NCBI GenBank assembly: GCA_040005235.1
Contig: JBDTZG010000013.1
Coordinates: 32,001 to 96,000, forward strand
Length of the DNA stretch: 64,000 nucleotides
DNA from: Acidobacteriota bacterium
Lineage (GTDB): Bacteria > Acidobacteriota > Thermoanaerobaculia > Multivoradales > UBA5704
Direction of reading: 5' to 3'
The notes beneath the pieces are model-generated. The model had not been told where the DNA came from. It worked only from the letters and a program-made list of their open reading frames with translations, and did not search any database. How positions within the stretch are numbered: position 1 is the first letter of the stretch; every line of letters begins with the position of its first letter. The translations under genes and the position numbers were made by a program. Positions 1-9,700 of this stretch are shown one piece after another.

Positions 1-2575
1 GGACGCCGACGCAGCTTTGGTCTGCGGCAAGGTCTGGAACCTGCTCGGATTCACCCTGCTCGGCCAAGGCAACATCAAGGACGCCCGCCGCTACATCGAG
101 CAAGCCGTGGAGCTCGCCCGCTGCTGGCCGGCAGACCCGAGGTTCCCTTATTCCTCTTGGGCGCGGAATCTGGCGAACGTCGAGGCGAAGGCGGGCGACT
201 TTCCGACCGCACGCCGGCTCTACCTCGAGCTTTTGGCCCTGCCGATTTCCGACGGCTTGGAGATCGCGAGGTTGAACATCCTGCTCGGATTCATCGAATC
301 GAGCAGCGGCAACGTCGACGACGCGCGCCGCTACCTCGACCAGGCGGAGGGCTTCGCCTTCGACGATCCCCGCATCGGCTGGCAGGTCTGGCACGAGCGC
401 TGCGCCATCTCCTCGCGCCTCGGTTTGCTCGACGAGGCGCTCGACCAGTGCGCCATCGCGTTGATTAGGGCCAAGTCGGATCCCGACTGGGAGGCCCAGA
501 CGCTCAATCTTCTCGGCAGCTTGAGCTCCGATCTCGGTTCGTACGAGTCGGCCCTCCAGAGCTTCGCGCGTTCGCGGGAGATTTTCCGCCAACTCAACCT
601 CGCCGGGCCCGAAAGCAATTCTCTGTGCAACTTCGGCTTCGGCCAGGCGCAGCTGGGCCGGTTCGACGAGGCGCAGAAGAGCTTTGCCGAGGCCGCGAAA
701 CTCGCCGCCCGAGTGGGCAATTCCGGCAGCGAAGGGTTCGCGCTCTATTTGCAGGGCCGGGTGGCGCTCCAGCGCACGGCCCACGGATCGAGAGCCGAGG
801 TCCTGGCCGCCCACGCGGTCCTTACAAAGGCGCTCGACCGCATGAGCCAGGCCGGTGACGTTCCCGGACAGGCCGACGCCCAGCTGGAGCTGGCCGGAGC
901 CGAAACTCGCCTGGGCGACTTCCCCGGCGCGCTCGGACGGCTCGACCTGGCGTTCGCCCTGGCGCAGAAGCTGGAGGATCCGGTACGCCGCGCGGCGGTC
1001 CTCACTCGCCGTGCCGAGATCCTCGCGGAGAGCGGCAAGCTGGAGCCCGGGCTCGCGGCGATCCAAGACGCCGTGCGCGAGATCGACGACCTTCGCACGC
1101 GGGTGGCAAGCCCTCCGCTGCGGGCCACCTTTTTCGCCAGCCGGCGCCGCACCTTCGAGCTGCAAATCGAAATCCTGCTGCGCCTCGCGAAGCTTCATCC
1201 CGATTCCGGCTTCGAGATCCAAGCGTTCGAAGCGAGCGAAGCGGCCCGGGCGCGCAGCCTCCTCGACCTGTTGGTCGAGCGGAGCCTCGCCCAAGGTCGA
1301 AACGCGAATCCGGTACTTGCGGGTCTGGTTCGCCAGGGCCTCGATCTCGACCGCGAGCTGAACCTTGCACAGGCACAGTCGAGAACCGCTCCGGCGGAGC
1401 CGAAACTTCCCGAGCGCGAGCGCCTCGACAGAAGGATCGCGACCCTCGAAGCGAATCTGCAGGAGGTCGAGCGCCGCTTACGCATAACCGATCCGCGATA
1501 CGCCGCGGTGCGCTATGCCCGGGCGCTCGGAGCGCGGGACATCCAGCGCGAGCTGAGCGACCACGAGATCCTGCTCGAGTACGTTTTCGCCGCCGACGCG
1601 GCCTACCTCTTCGCGGTCACTCGAGAGCAGGTCCGCGCCCTGCCGCTGGACCAACCCGCGATCGCGAAGATCCTGCCGCCCTTTCGCGCGCGGCTCGCCG
1701 GAGGACAAGGCCTGGAGCAAGCCCTGCGGATCGACGCCCGGAAACTCTACGATCTCCTGCTCGCTCCGGCTGCGGAGCTACTCACCGGCAAAGACCGTCT
1801 GATCGTGGCCGCCGACGGCGATCTCTATTTCCTTCCTTTCGAGGTTCTCATTTCCCCTGCGCCGCCGGGAGCGTCTCCTTCCTACCTGATCGAAACCAAG
1901 ACGATCTCCTACACCCCCTCCGCCAGCGTGCTCGCGCGGCTCGGGGAGCTTCCGGTGGGCGACGCGTTCGAATTCGTCGGCGTCGCGGTCGGCGATCCGA
2001 AGGATGGCTCGGCCGTTCTCGCGAAGGTCGACGACGAGGTGAGGGGCATTGCGGCGCTCTACCCGGCGGAGCGGAGCCGCCTGCTGCTGGACGGTGCCGC
2101 GACCGAAGCGGGTCTCTCGGGATTGCACGGCGCATTGTCCGGCGCGCGGCGCATCCATTTCGCGACCCACGGCTATCTGTCGGACGATCCGCAGCGGATG
2201 GGCCTGCGCCTCGCGCCCGATCCGTCCGGAGGGGACGGACTGCTGCAAGCTTTCGAGGTTCTGCGCCTCGATCTTCACGCGGACCTCGTCGTGCTCTCCG
2301 CCTGCGAAACGGCGGTCGGCCAACAGGTTCCCGGAGAAGGGGTGATCGGCCTGCCGCGCGCCTTCTTCTACGCCGGAGCGCGCAGCGTCGCGGTCAGTCT
2401 GTGGCGCGCGCCGGACGATGCCACCGCGCGGCTCATGACCTCGTTCTACGGCCATCTGCAACAGGGCCAGGACAAGGCGGAAGCGCTGCGCCAGGCCAAG
2501 CTCGAACAGATTCGCGACCGGCAGCGCCCGTTCCTCTGGGCACCGTTCGTTCTCGTCGGGTCGCCGATACGGTAA
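1..2575 (+). CDS. TPR-repeat CHAT-domain (caspase-like, HetF-associated) protease; 5' end lies outside the window
   Basis: Frame is open from the window start. Many TPR-like helical repeats precede a CHAT domain with intact His/Cys motifs 'HFATHG' and 'VLSACET' and the C-terminal 'WAPFVLVG'. Confidence 0.93.
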   Translation, partial: DADAALVCGKVWNLLGFTLLGQGNIKDARRYIEQAVELARCWPADPRFPYSSWARNLANVEAKAGDFPTARRLYLELLALPISDGLEIARLNILLGFIESSSGNVDDARRYLDQAEGFAFDDPRIGWQVWHERCAISSRLGLLDEALDQCAIALIRAKSDPDWEAQTLNLLGSLSSDLGSYESALQSFARSREIFRQLNLAGPESNSLCNFGFGQAQLGRFDEAQKSFAEAAKLAARVGNSGSEGFALYLQGRVALQRTAHGSRAEVLAAHAVLTKALDRMSQAGDVPGQADAQLELAGAETRLGDFPGALGRLDLAFALAQKLEDPVRRAAVLTRRAEILAESGKLEPGLAAIQDAVREIDDLRTRVASPPLRATFFASRRRTFELQIEILLRLAKLHPDSGFEIQAFEASEAARARSLLDLLVERSLAQGRNANPVLAGLVRQGLDLDRELNLAQAQSRTAPAEPKLPERERLDRRIATLEANLQEVERRLRITDPRYAAVRYARALGARDIQRELSDHEILLEYVFAADAAYLFAVTREQVRALPLDQPAIAKILPPFRARLAGGQGLEQALRIDARKLYDLLLAPAAELLTGKDRLIVAADGDLYFLPFEVLISPAPPGASPSYLIETKTISYTPSASVLARLGELPVGDAFEFVGVAVGDPKDGSAVLAKVDDEVRGIAALYPAERSRLLLDGAATEAGLSGLHGALSGARRIHFATHGYLSDDPQRMGLRLAPDPSGGDGLLQAFEVLRLDLHADLVVLSACETAVGQQVPGEGVIGLPRAFFYAGARSVAVSLWRAPDDATARLMTSFYGHLQQGQDKAEALRQAKLEQIRDRQRPFLWAPFVLVGSPIR

Positions 2576-2723
2576 CCTTTCCGCCAGTTTCAACGCCCAA
2601 CGGTAGCGTCAGCGAAATTTCTGAGCGACCGCTCCGCGAATCGCGCCCGTCCTGGAGCGCGTCCGAGAACGGAACGCCATTGAACCATCGAACCCCTTGG
2701 TTTGGGGGAGGAGGGAGCAGCAT

Positions 2724-3233
2724 ATGCCCGTAAGCAATGACGACGACACCGGAACGGTTGCCACCGTCGGCAGACCTCGGCCGACTTTGACGTTCGAAAC
2801 GTACGCCCTGTACTCCTCGGCAATCACCGCCGCCGCCTTCGGCCTGGAGCTGGTGCGTTGCGGCGGCCGCTCGCTCGTGGGCGTGATCGGATTCTTTGCC
2901 GCCCTTTTAACCTTCGGCCTGCTGGCTTACGACGTCGGACAGAAGTCGTCGATCCGCGGCGCCAAGACCCGGAGCAATGTCGCCGGCTCGTCACTCGTGC
3001 AGGGTTTCTCGGGTTACGACTTCGGTCCCTCGTTCAGTCTCAGGGTGGGGGAATCCGCTCCGCTGCCGCCCGACTTCGACGCGGGTTGCGTCGTCGTTTT
3101 CTATACCGGGGGCGCCAACAAGGTCGAGACCTCGATCACCGGCGTGGCGAACTGCGACTGCTCGATTCGTTACATCAACAATCCGAACAAGAACATACCC
3201 ACGGACCCGGATCACATCGCCGTCTCGCCTTAG
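2724..3233 (+). CDS. Hypothetical protein with two hydrophobic segments and a small Cys-containing C-terminal part
   Basis: ATG at 2724 follows GGAGGAGG. ORF fills the gap between the CHAT gene and glgP. No family recognised; the antisense frame is also partly open. Confidence 0.45.
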   Translation: MPVSNDDDTGTVATVGRPRPTLTFETYALYSSAITAAAFGLELVRCGGRSLVGVIGFFAALLTFGLLAYDVGQKSSIRGAKTRSNVAGSSLVQGFSGYDFGPSFSLRVGESAPLPPDFDAGCVVVFYTGGANKVETSITGVANCDCSIRYINNPNKNIPTDPDHIAVSP

Positions 3234-3325
3234 GACCGCTCCGGCCCCGGCCCGGCCGGGAAGACGTCCCCGCTCCCCTCGGTTATAGTCCCCGCCTTCA
3301 TCTGGACGGAACCGAGGGGAGCTGC

Positions 3326-5458
3326 ATGTCCGAGACGTCTCAATTGATGCGCAAGCTGAACGAGCTGGCGCAGAATCTTTGGTGGTCCTGGCGGCCGGAG
3401 ATCCGGTCGATCTTTCGCGAGCTCGATCCGGACGCCTGGCGAGCGGTCTACCACAACCCCGTCGCGATGCTCCATCGCCTGGACGACGCGAGCGTCGCAC
3501 AGCGTGTCTCGTCGCTCGAAATGCAGACGCGCATCGATCAAGCGCATCGCCGGCTGACCGAATACCTGCGCGGCGGAGACGGCTGGGGCGCCGTCCATGC
3601 CTCGGCGCTGCTGGCGCGGCCGGTCGCTTATTTTTCCGCCGAATTCGGCCTTCACCAGTCGATCCCGGTCTACTCGGGCGGCCTGGGCGTTCTCGCCGGG
3701 GATCACCTCAAGAGCCTGAGCGACCTCGGGGTGCCGGTAGTCGGCGTCGGTCTGCTCTACCACCAGGGATACGTCCACCAGCTGATCGACGCGGTGGGCG
3801 ACCAGCAGGATTACTACGAGCCGGTCGACTCCGCGCTGCTGCCGATCTCGCCGGTCCAGGGTCCCGACGCCCTTGCCGTCCGGGTCGCCGTCGAGCTGCC
3901 TGGCCGGATCGTCCATCTGCGGATCTGGCGCGTCGCGGTCGGCCGCTGCACCCTCCTGCTGCTCGACGCCCGGCACGACGAGAACAGCGAAGAGGACAGC
4001 TCGCTCACCGACCGGCTCTACGGCGGCGACACCGAGACCCGCATTCAGCAGGAGGTGTTGCTGGGGGTGGGCGGCTGCCGCGCGCTGGCGGCGATCGGCA
4101 TCCACCCTTCGGTGCTTCACCTGAACGAGGGGCATTCCGCGTTCGCCCTGCTCGAATGGGCGCACCAGATCGCGGCGAACCAGGGGCTGTCGGCCAAAGA
4201 AGCCCTGCGCGAAGTGGCGGCGATGTCGGTCTTCACGACCCATACTCCCGTCGAAGCCGGGCACGACCGATTCGATCCGAGCCTCGCCGCCCGCTATCTG
4301 GAGCCGCTGTTTCCGGCACTCGGGCTGAAGCCCATGGAGCTGGTCGCCCTCGGACTCGAAAAACCGGCCGATCCGGATTCGCTGTTCTGCCCCACCGCCC
4401 TCGCGCTCAACCTGACCCGCAAGGCGAACGGCGTCTCCGCGCTCCACGGCCGGGTGTCGCGCAAGATGTGGCATCACCTCTATCCGGGCAAGACCGAAGA
4501 AGAGGTGCCGATCGGCCACATCACAAACGGCGTCCACGTCCGCACCTGGATCGCCTCGGCAATGCACCAGCTCCTGGTCCGCCACCTGAGCGCCGATTGG
4601 ACCGAGAAGATGGCGCACCGCGACCTGTGGGAGCGGATCGAGGAGGTGCCGGACGCGGAGATCTGGGAGGTCCACCAGGTGCTCAAAGGGCGGATGGTCG
4701 AATTCGTCCGCGGCCGGCTCGCCGAACGCCGCCAGCGGGTCAAGCTGCCCGATCCGGAACGAACGCCGCTCGGCACCGAGACGCTCACCCTCGGCTTCGC
4801 CCGCCGCTTCGCCACCTACAAGCGAGCCGATCTGCTGCTGACCGACACCGACCGCCTGGCCCGCTTGGTCGGCGACCCGGCCCGGCCGCTCCAGATCGTC
4901 TACGCCGGCAAAGCCCACCCGCGCGACGAAGCAGGCAAGGAGCTGGTGCGGAAGGTTTCGCACCTCGAAAACGACCCCCGCTTCGCCGGCCGCGTCGTCC
5001 TGGTCGAAAACTATTCGATGCACGTCGCCCGGCAGCTGGTCCAAGGGGTGGACGTCTGGGTGAACACCCCCCGCCGCCCGAACGAAGCCTGCGGCACCAG
5101 CGGCCAGAAATGCATCCTGAACGGCGTGCTGAACCTCTCGATCCTCGACGGCTGGTGGGCCGAAGGCTACGACGGAGCGAACGGCTTCGCGATCGGCCAC
5201 GGCGAAAGCCACAAGGACCCCGAAATCCAAGACGCCCGCGACGCCGAGTCGCTCTACCAGGTGCTCGAACAGCAGGTGATCCCCCTCTACTACCAGCGCG
5301 ACGACGAAAACCTCCCCCGCGCCTGGATCCAGAGGGTCAAACGAGCCATCCACACAATGGCCTGGCGCTTCAACGCCGACCGCATGGTGAGGGACTACGT
5401 CGAAGAGTGCTACCTGCCCGCCGCGGGCGGGGGGACGTGCCGGATGCCGGGCCGGTAA
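3326..5458 (+). CDS. glgP: Alpha-glucan (glycogen/maltodextrin) phosphorylase
   Basis: Motifs NLWWSW, YFSAEFG, YSGGLGVLAGDH, LNEGH, FARRFATYKR and PLP-binding EACGTSGQK. ATG 3326 follows GAGGGG. Confidence 0.96.
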   Translation: MSETSQLMRKLNELAQNLWWSWRPEIRSIFRELDPDAWRAVYHNPVAMLHRLDDASVAQRVSSLEMQTRIDQAHRRLTEYLRGGDGWGAVHASALLARPVAYFSAEFGLHQSIPVYSGGLGVLAGDHLKSLSDLGVPVVGVGLLYHQGYVHQLIDAVGDQQDYYEPVDSALLPISPVQGPDALAVRVAVELPGRIVHLRIWRVAVGRCTLLLLDARHDENSEEDSSLTDRLYGGDTETRIQQEVLLGVGGCRALAAIGIHPSVLHLNEGHSAFALLEWAHQIAANQGLSAKEALREVAAMSVFTTHTPVEAGHDRFDPSLAARYLEPLFPALGLKPMELVALGLEKPADPDSLFCPTALALNLTRKANGVSALHGRVSRKMWHHLYPGKTEEEVPIGHITNGVHVRTWIASAMHQLLVRHLSADWTEKMAHRDLWERIEEVPDAEIWEVHQVLKGRMVEFVRGRLAERRQRVKLPDPERTPLGTETLTLGFARRFATYKRADLLLTDTDRLARLVGDPARPLQIVYAGKAHPRDEAGKELVRKVSHLENDPRFAGRVVLVENYSMHVARQLVQGVDVWVNTPRRPNEACGTSGQKCILNGVLNLSILDGWWAEGYDGANGFAIGHGESHKDPEIQDARDAESLYQVLEQQVIPLYYQRDDENLPRAWIQRVKRAIHTMAWRFNADRMVRDYVEECYLPAAGGGTCRMPGR

Positions 5459-5718
5459 ATCCTTTCCTGGGCGCGCGATGCGCCAGCGGGTCGGCGGTCG
5501 GCTGGAGGAAATCGGCCCTCCGCTCGACGAGAACCGCGGTGGTCCCGCGATGAGCTTTAGCTATGACCGGGGTAGTCACGCGCTAACCCGGCGGAGACCT
5601 TCGGCCCGCTGCCGGTGTCGGATGCGCTGGGCGGATTTCGCGCTGAGTGATCCGGTTCGGGTCTTCGCGCCGGACCCGCCCAGCGCTCAGAAAGAGATCG
5701 ATGCGCTACACTCCCCTC

Positions 5719-5952
5719 ATGGGCGCACCGCTGACCATTTCCACCGATAAAAAGCTTCGAGAAGCTCTGGAGCAGCGCGCGGCTTCTCAGGGGAAGACCG
5801 TTCCCGAGGTCGCTCGGGAAATCCTCGTCGATGCCGTTGAGGAACGCCCCTTGGGTGAGCGGATCGGGCACCTTCGAGGTCGGCTCGACCTGAGCTCTGC
5901 CGCCTCAGACTCCCGGCGCCAAGAGATCAAAGAGCGAAACTGGCGTCCTTGA
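5719..5952 (+). CDS. Ribbon-helix-helix antitoxin (FitA/VapB-like)
   Basis: 'LTISTDKKLREALEQRAASQGKTVPEVAREIL' fits the RHH pattern. Stop overlaps the start of a PIN gene. Confidence 0.8.
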   Translation: MGAPLTISTDKKLREALEQRAASQGKTVPEVAREILVDAVEERPLGERIGHLRGRLDLSSAASDSRRQEIKERNWRP

Positions 5953-6293
5953 GAGCCTGCCTCCTCGATACCGGTCCCCTCGTGGCCTATCTTGACGCCT
6001 CCGAGCCAAGGCATTCGGAGGTTTCTGATCTTATCGACAGTTTTTCCGGAAAGCTCTACACGACCAGCGCCGTGATCGGCGAGTCGATGTATTTCCTCTC
6101 ATCTGTCAGGCACGGACCTCGGTTCTTGGCGGAATTCGTCGCGGCGAGCGGACTTCTGGTCTACGACCTCAGTGGCGCCGTCGATCTCGCCGAAGCGTCA
6201 CGCAGACCGTGTGCAATCCCCCGCCACGAAAGCTCCCGAACGCCGCCCGTCTCGGGAAGGCAAGGTCCGGAAGGAGTTCTGGCTGGACCCTAA
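5949..6293 (+). pseudogene. PIN-domain (VapC-like) toxin, 3'-truncated
   Basis: 'CLLDTGPLVAYLD' and 'TTSAVIGE' are PIN N-terminal motifs. Similarity stops near 6200; the 'MDFADA...TxD' C-terminal acidic motifs present in the paralog at 56069-56497 are missing. Confidence 0.7.
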
Positions 6294-6438
6294 GACGTTA
6301 CGCCGCGCTCAGTCGATTTTGGGCACGGCAACCGATCGCGAAACCGTCGAGGCGGCACTCGATATGGTCGCGTTCCGGCGTGAGCTTCTCGAAGGAACTC
6401 GGGCGCTTGCAGGGCTCCAGATCGATCCGGTCCGTTAG
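6211..6438 (+). CDS. Orphan VapB-like antitoxin
   Basis: 'KEFWLDPKTLRRAQSILGTATDRETVEAAL' resembles the VapB (AbrB/RHH-type) antitoxin pattern. Start codon uncertain (GTG near 6211). No toxin gene follows. Confidence 0.6.
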   Translation: MQSPATKAPERRPSREGKVRKEFWLDPKTLRRAQSILGTATDRETVEAALDMVAFRRELLEGTRALAGLQIDPVR

Positions 6439-6534
6439 GCACGGGGTCCAGCGAGGCAACATCGGCCGAGAAAGTGCTGGAGTGGACCCTCCGACCCACT
6501 GCAAGCGGCGGTTGAATCCGGTGCATTCGACGAC

Positions 6535-6752
6535 GCGATGCGGTGGAATCTGCGGCGGTTTCGGTGCAATTGACGAACGCTTCTACCGCAAGCGATCCTT
6601 GCTTCCACTACATCCCTCGTCGCTTCCGGTGGAATTTGCGGCAGATTCTACTGGAATGGATCACCGCTTCCGGTGGAATCGCGGCCGTTTCTAGTGGAAT
6701 CGATCATCGCTTCCACTTAAATCTGCGGCCGCTTCCACCGGAAGCTGCGTCG
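6535..6752. repeat. Degenerate tandem repeat, ~21-22 bp period, core gcttccggtggaat
   Basis: About 10 imperfect units, e.g. gcttccggtggaatttgcggca, gcttccggtggaatcgcggcc, gcttccaccggaagctgcgtc. Confidence 0.7.
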
Positions 6753-6760
6753 AAGGTTTT

Positions 6761-9700
6761 CTACCCCTGCACGAAGTACCCGAAGTACTGCCGACTCCAC
6801 CGCTGGACGGTGACCGTGGGGTTGCCGCAGGCGGGCTCCGCCCGCAGCACGCGCACCTGCGCCAAGCCGATCGGGCAGGTCTGCGGGATCACCACGTCGA
6901 GGTGTTTGCCGTCGGTGCCGATGGCGGTGGTTACGGCCTGCTCGCAGATTGCGCCGCCGGCAAAGCGGAACTGGACTTTGAGCACGCCGGTCAGCTCGAT
7001 GCCTTCGAGCCGGATCTTCGCGCGGCGGATCGAGCCTACGCGCGGCCAGATTTCGGTCACCACCGGGCGGCCGGAGTCGGCCGGGCGGTCGTTGCGCCAG
7101 AAGGTGACGCGGTCGCCGAACGGGTCGTTGGCGAGATCGAGGTCGCCGTCCTCGTCGATGTCCAAGGCGACCAGATCCTGCGAGTCGGTCGAGCGGCGGT
7201 ATTGGGTGAGGATCGTCGGGGTGATGTCGGTGAACGTTCCCGGCGGCGGCGAATCGGCCGAGGTGATCAGGCCGTCGCCGTTTGAATCGACTCCGTTGTT
7301 CATCAGCACACGTGGCAGGTCGTTCACCACCTGGTAGATCAGGTCGAGGTCGCCGTCGCCGTCGAGGTCGGCGAACGCGGGGAACATCGCCTGGTCCATG
7401 CCCGGCGTCGGGTTGCCGGCCGGGTCGGTGGGCGCCGTGTGGATCACCGGCGAGAGCGAGCCGAGGGGCATGCGGGTCTGGAATTCGTCGACCATTCCGC
7501 CGGTGGTGGCGATTTTGTTGATCAACAGCCAGGGGTAGTTGGTCCGGGCGCCTGCGGCGTAGTGGGCGATCGCGACGTCGGAATCGCCGTCGTTGTCCAG
7601 GTCGCCCTGGGCGATGCCGAACGAGCCGCAGGAGATGTAGGACGTGTCGCCCAAAACCTGATCGGTACAGGCGGCGGGCAGCACCGTCGCCGACGATTCG
7701 GTGAGGGTGCCTTTGGGGGTTCCGACCCCGTTTAAGAACAGCAGGTCTTTCGTCTGGGAGACGCTCGTCATCTCGGCCGCGGTCTTGGCGAAGCCGAGGG
7801 TGGTGAACAGGTCGAGCGCGCCGTTGTTGTCGAAATCGGCGAGCAGGTCCATCCCCAGGCCGCGGTTCCAGGCCGGATCGTAGGTGCCGGACGTCGTGCG
7901 CATCTGGGTCGGGGCTACGTCCTTGAACCAGTGAGCGCCGGCGCCGGCCGTGCCGATGACGTTCTTCAAATAGCGCCAGCCGAAGGCGTACGTGCCGATC
8001 GGGTTGGGAAAGAGCGGCGGGGCGACCATGGGCACCGGCCCCGAATAGCCGCTCGGCAGGATCTCGAACAGATGGACGATCGCGTCGACGTCGCCGTCGT
8101 TGTCGAGATCGCCCGCGACCGCCCGGTCACCGATGCCCGGCAGCGGCAGCGAGGTGCGACCGTTCGGGTCGATCCTCGCGTCCTCGGTCGTGCAGGACGA
8201 GGCGGTGTAGAGCGAATCGAAGCCGAAAGTGCCGCTGCCGGAATTGACCAGGACGATCGAATCCGGACTCGTGTCGACGCAATACGGCCAGGCCGGCGTG
8301 CGCTGCGAGGCGAGCAGCGCGTCCACGTCACCGTCCCGGTCGAAATCGGCGAACACGCCGTCTTCCATCCCCTGCGGGATCTGCCGGCCGCGCTTGTTGC
8401 TGGTCTGGCCCGTGCCGCCGAAGGGAGAAGCGTAGTCCTCGTGCTCCGCTTCGATCGCCCCCGCGATGCTGCCGACCAGGTAGTTGTAACCGCGCGAGGT
8501 TTGGAGCGCGTCAAGCGCGCCGTCGCCGTTCCAATCTGCGAAGTCGAAGCCATAGCCATGCTCGGTGCCCGGCATGGTCTGGTAGCTCTTGAAGCCGATG
8601 AAGCCGCCACTGAAATCCCACGGCTGGCCGGCTGTGGCGCCGGGGCCGTTGCCGAGGTTCGAGTGGAGATCGGGCAGCACGCCGCTCCAGCGGTTGCCGT
8701 TCCCCTCGAACAGATCCTTGAAGCCGTTGTTGTCGAAGTCGGCGACCGCCACGGTCTTCGCCGACTGCGTGGGAAAGGCCGTGTACGGCTGCAAGGTGGG
8801 AAACCCGGAGGTCCAATTCGCCTTGTTGGTCATCACGTAGACGCGGCTCGAGGCGCCGGTGAAGGTGTCGTGCTTGAGCAGGTCGCGTTGCGAAACGATG
8901 ACCAGGTCGAGCCAGCCGTCGGGCGCGTTGCCGGAAAGCGTCGGCGGATTCGTCGCCGGCCCGAACAGGTCGACCAGCAGCACCTGCTGGGTGAGCGGTG
9001 CCGTCACCACGTGCTCGGTGGGAAAATTCGGCGCGTTCGTGTCGAGGATCGGGTTCATGAAATCGGTGAACGAATCGAGCGTTCCGCCGAACGAGACGTC
9101 GTTGGCGAAGATCTCCATCAGGTGATCCTCGGCAGGGGTGAGCACGAGGTTCTGGCTGAAGCCGTCCGAACCGGCATTGCCCAGCACGATCTCGGGCCAG
9201 CCGTCTCTGTTCAGATCGCCGAGGGCGACGCTCCGGCTGTCGGATTGCACTCCCGAGGCGAGGGGCACCACCTTGAAGTTGCCGCTGCCGTTGTTGATCA
9301 GAACGTAGTCTTCGCTTTCGGCGCCGCAACCGGCGCTGGCGCAACGGTTGGCGACCGCTAGGTCGAGATCGCCATCCTGGTCGAGATCGATCGCCGCCAC
9401 GTCGTTGGTCGCGCGGGAAAGCTCGCCCGGAATCCGGGTCGCCGTCTCGTCCTTGAAGCATCCCGTGCCGTCGTTGATCAAGAGGACATTGGTGGCGCCC
9501 TTATAGTTGTCGCCTTGACGGCCGATGTAGAGGTCGGCCCAGCCGTCGCCGTTTAGATCCTTGTACACGACGCCCGAGCTATTGCCGGCGGTGGCCGAGA
9601 CGGGGATGCGCGGTCCGGTCGAACAGGTATCCTGCGAGATGTCGCCCCAACGGCCGGTCGCCGGATCGCGGCGCATCAGCAGGTCGGTCTGCGCTTGGGC

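Noticed and set aside
3230-5553. Long alternative-frame ORFs (3230-5353 minus, 3379-5553 plus) and similar ones over other genes, e.g. 12249-14834, 22172-24058, 30704-32683, 42647-44722
   Set aside because: Shadow ORFs expected in high-GC DNA; they overlap genes with clear family motifs and have Arg/Pro/Gly-rich or antisense-type composition.
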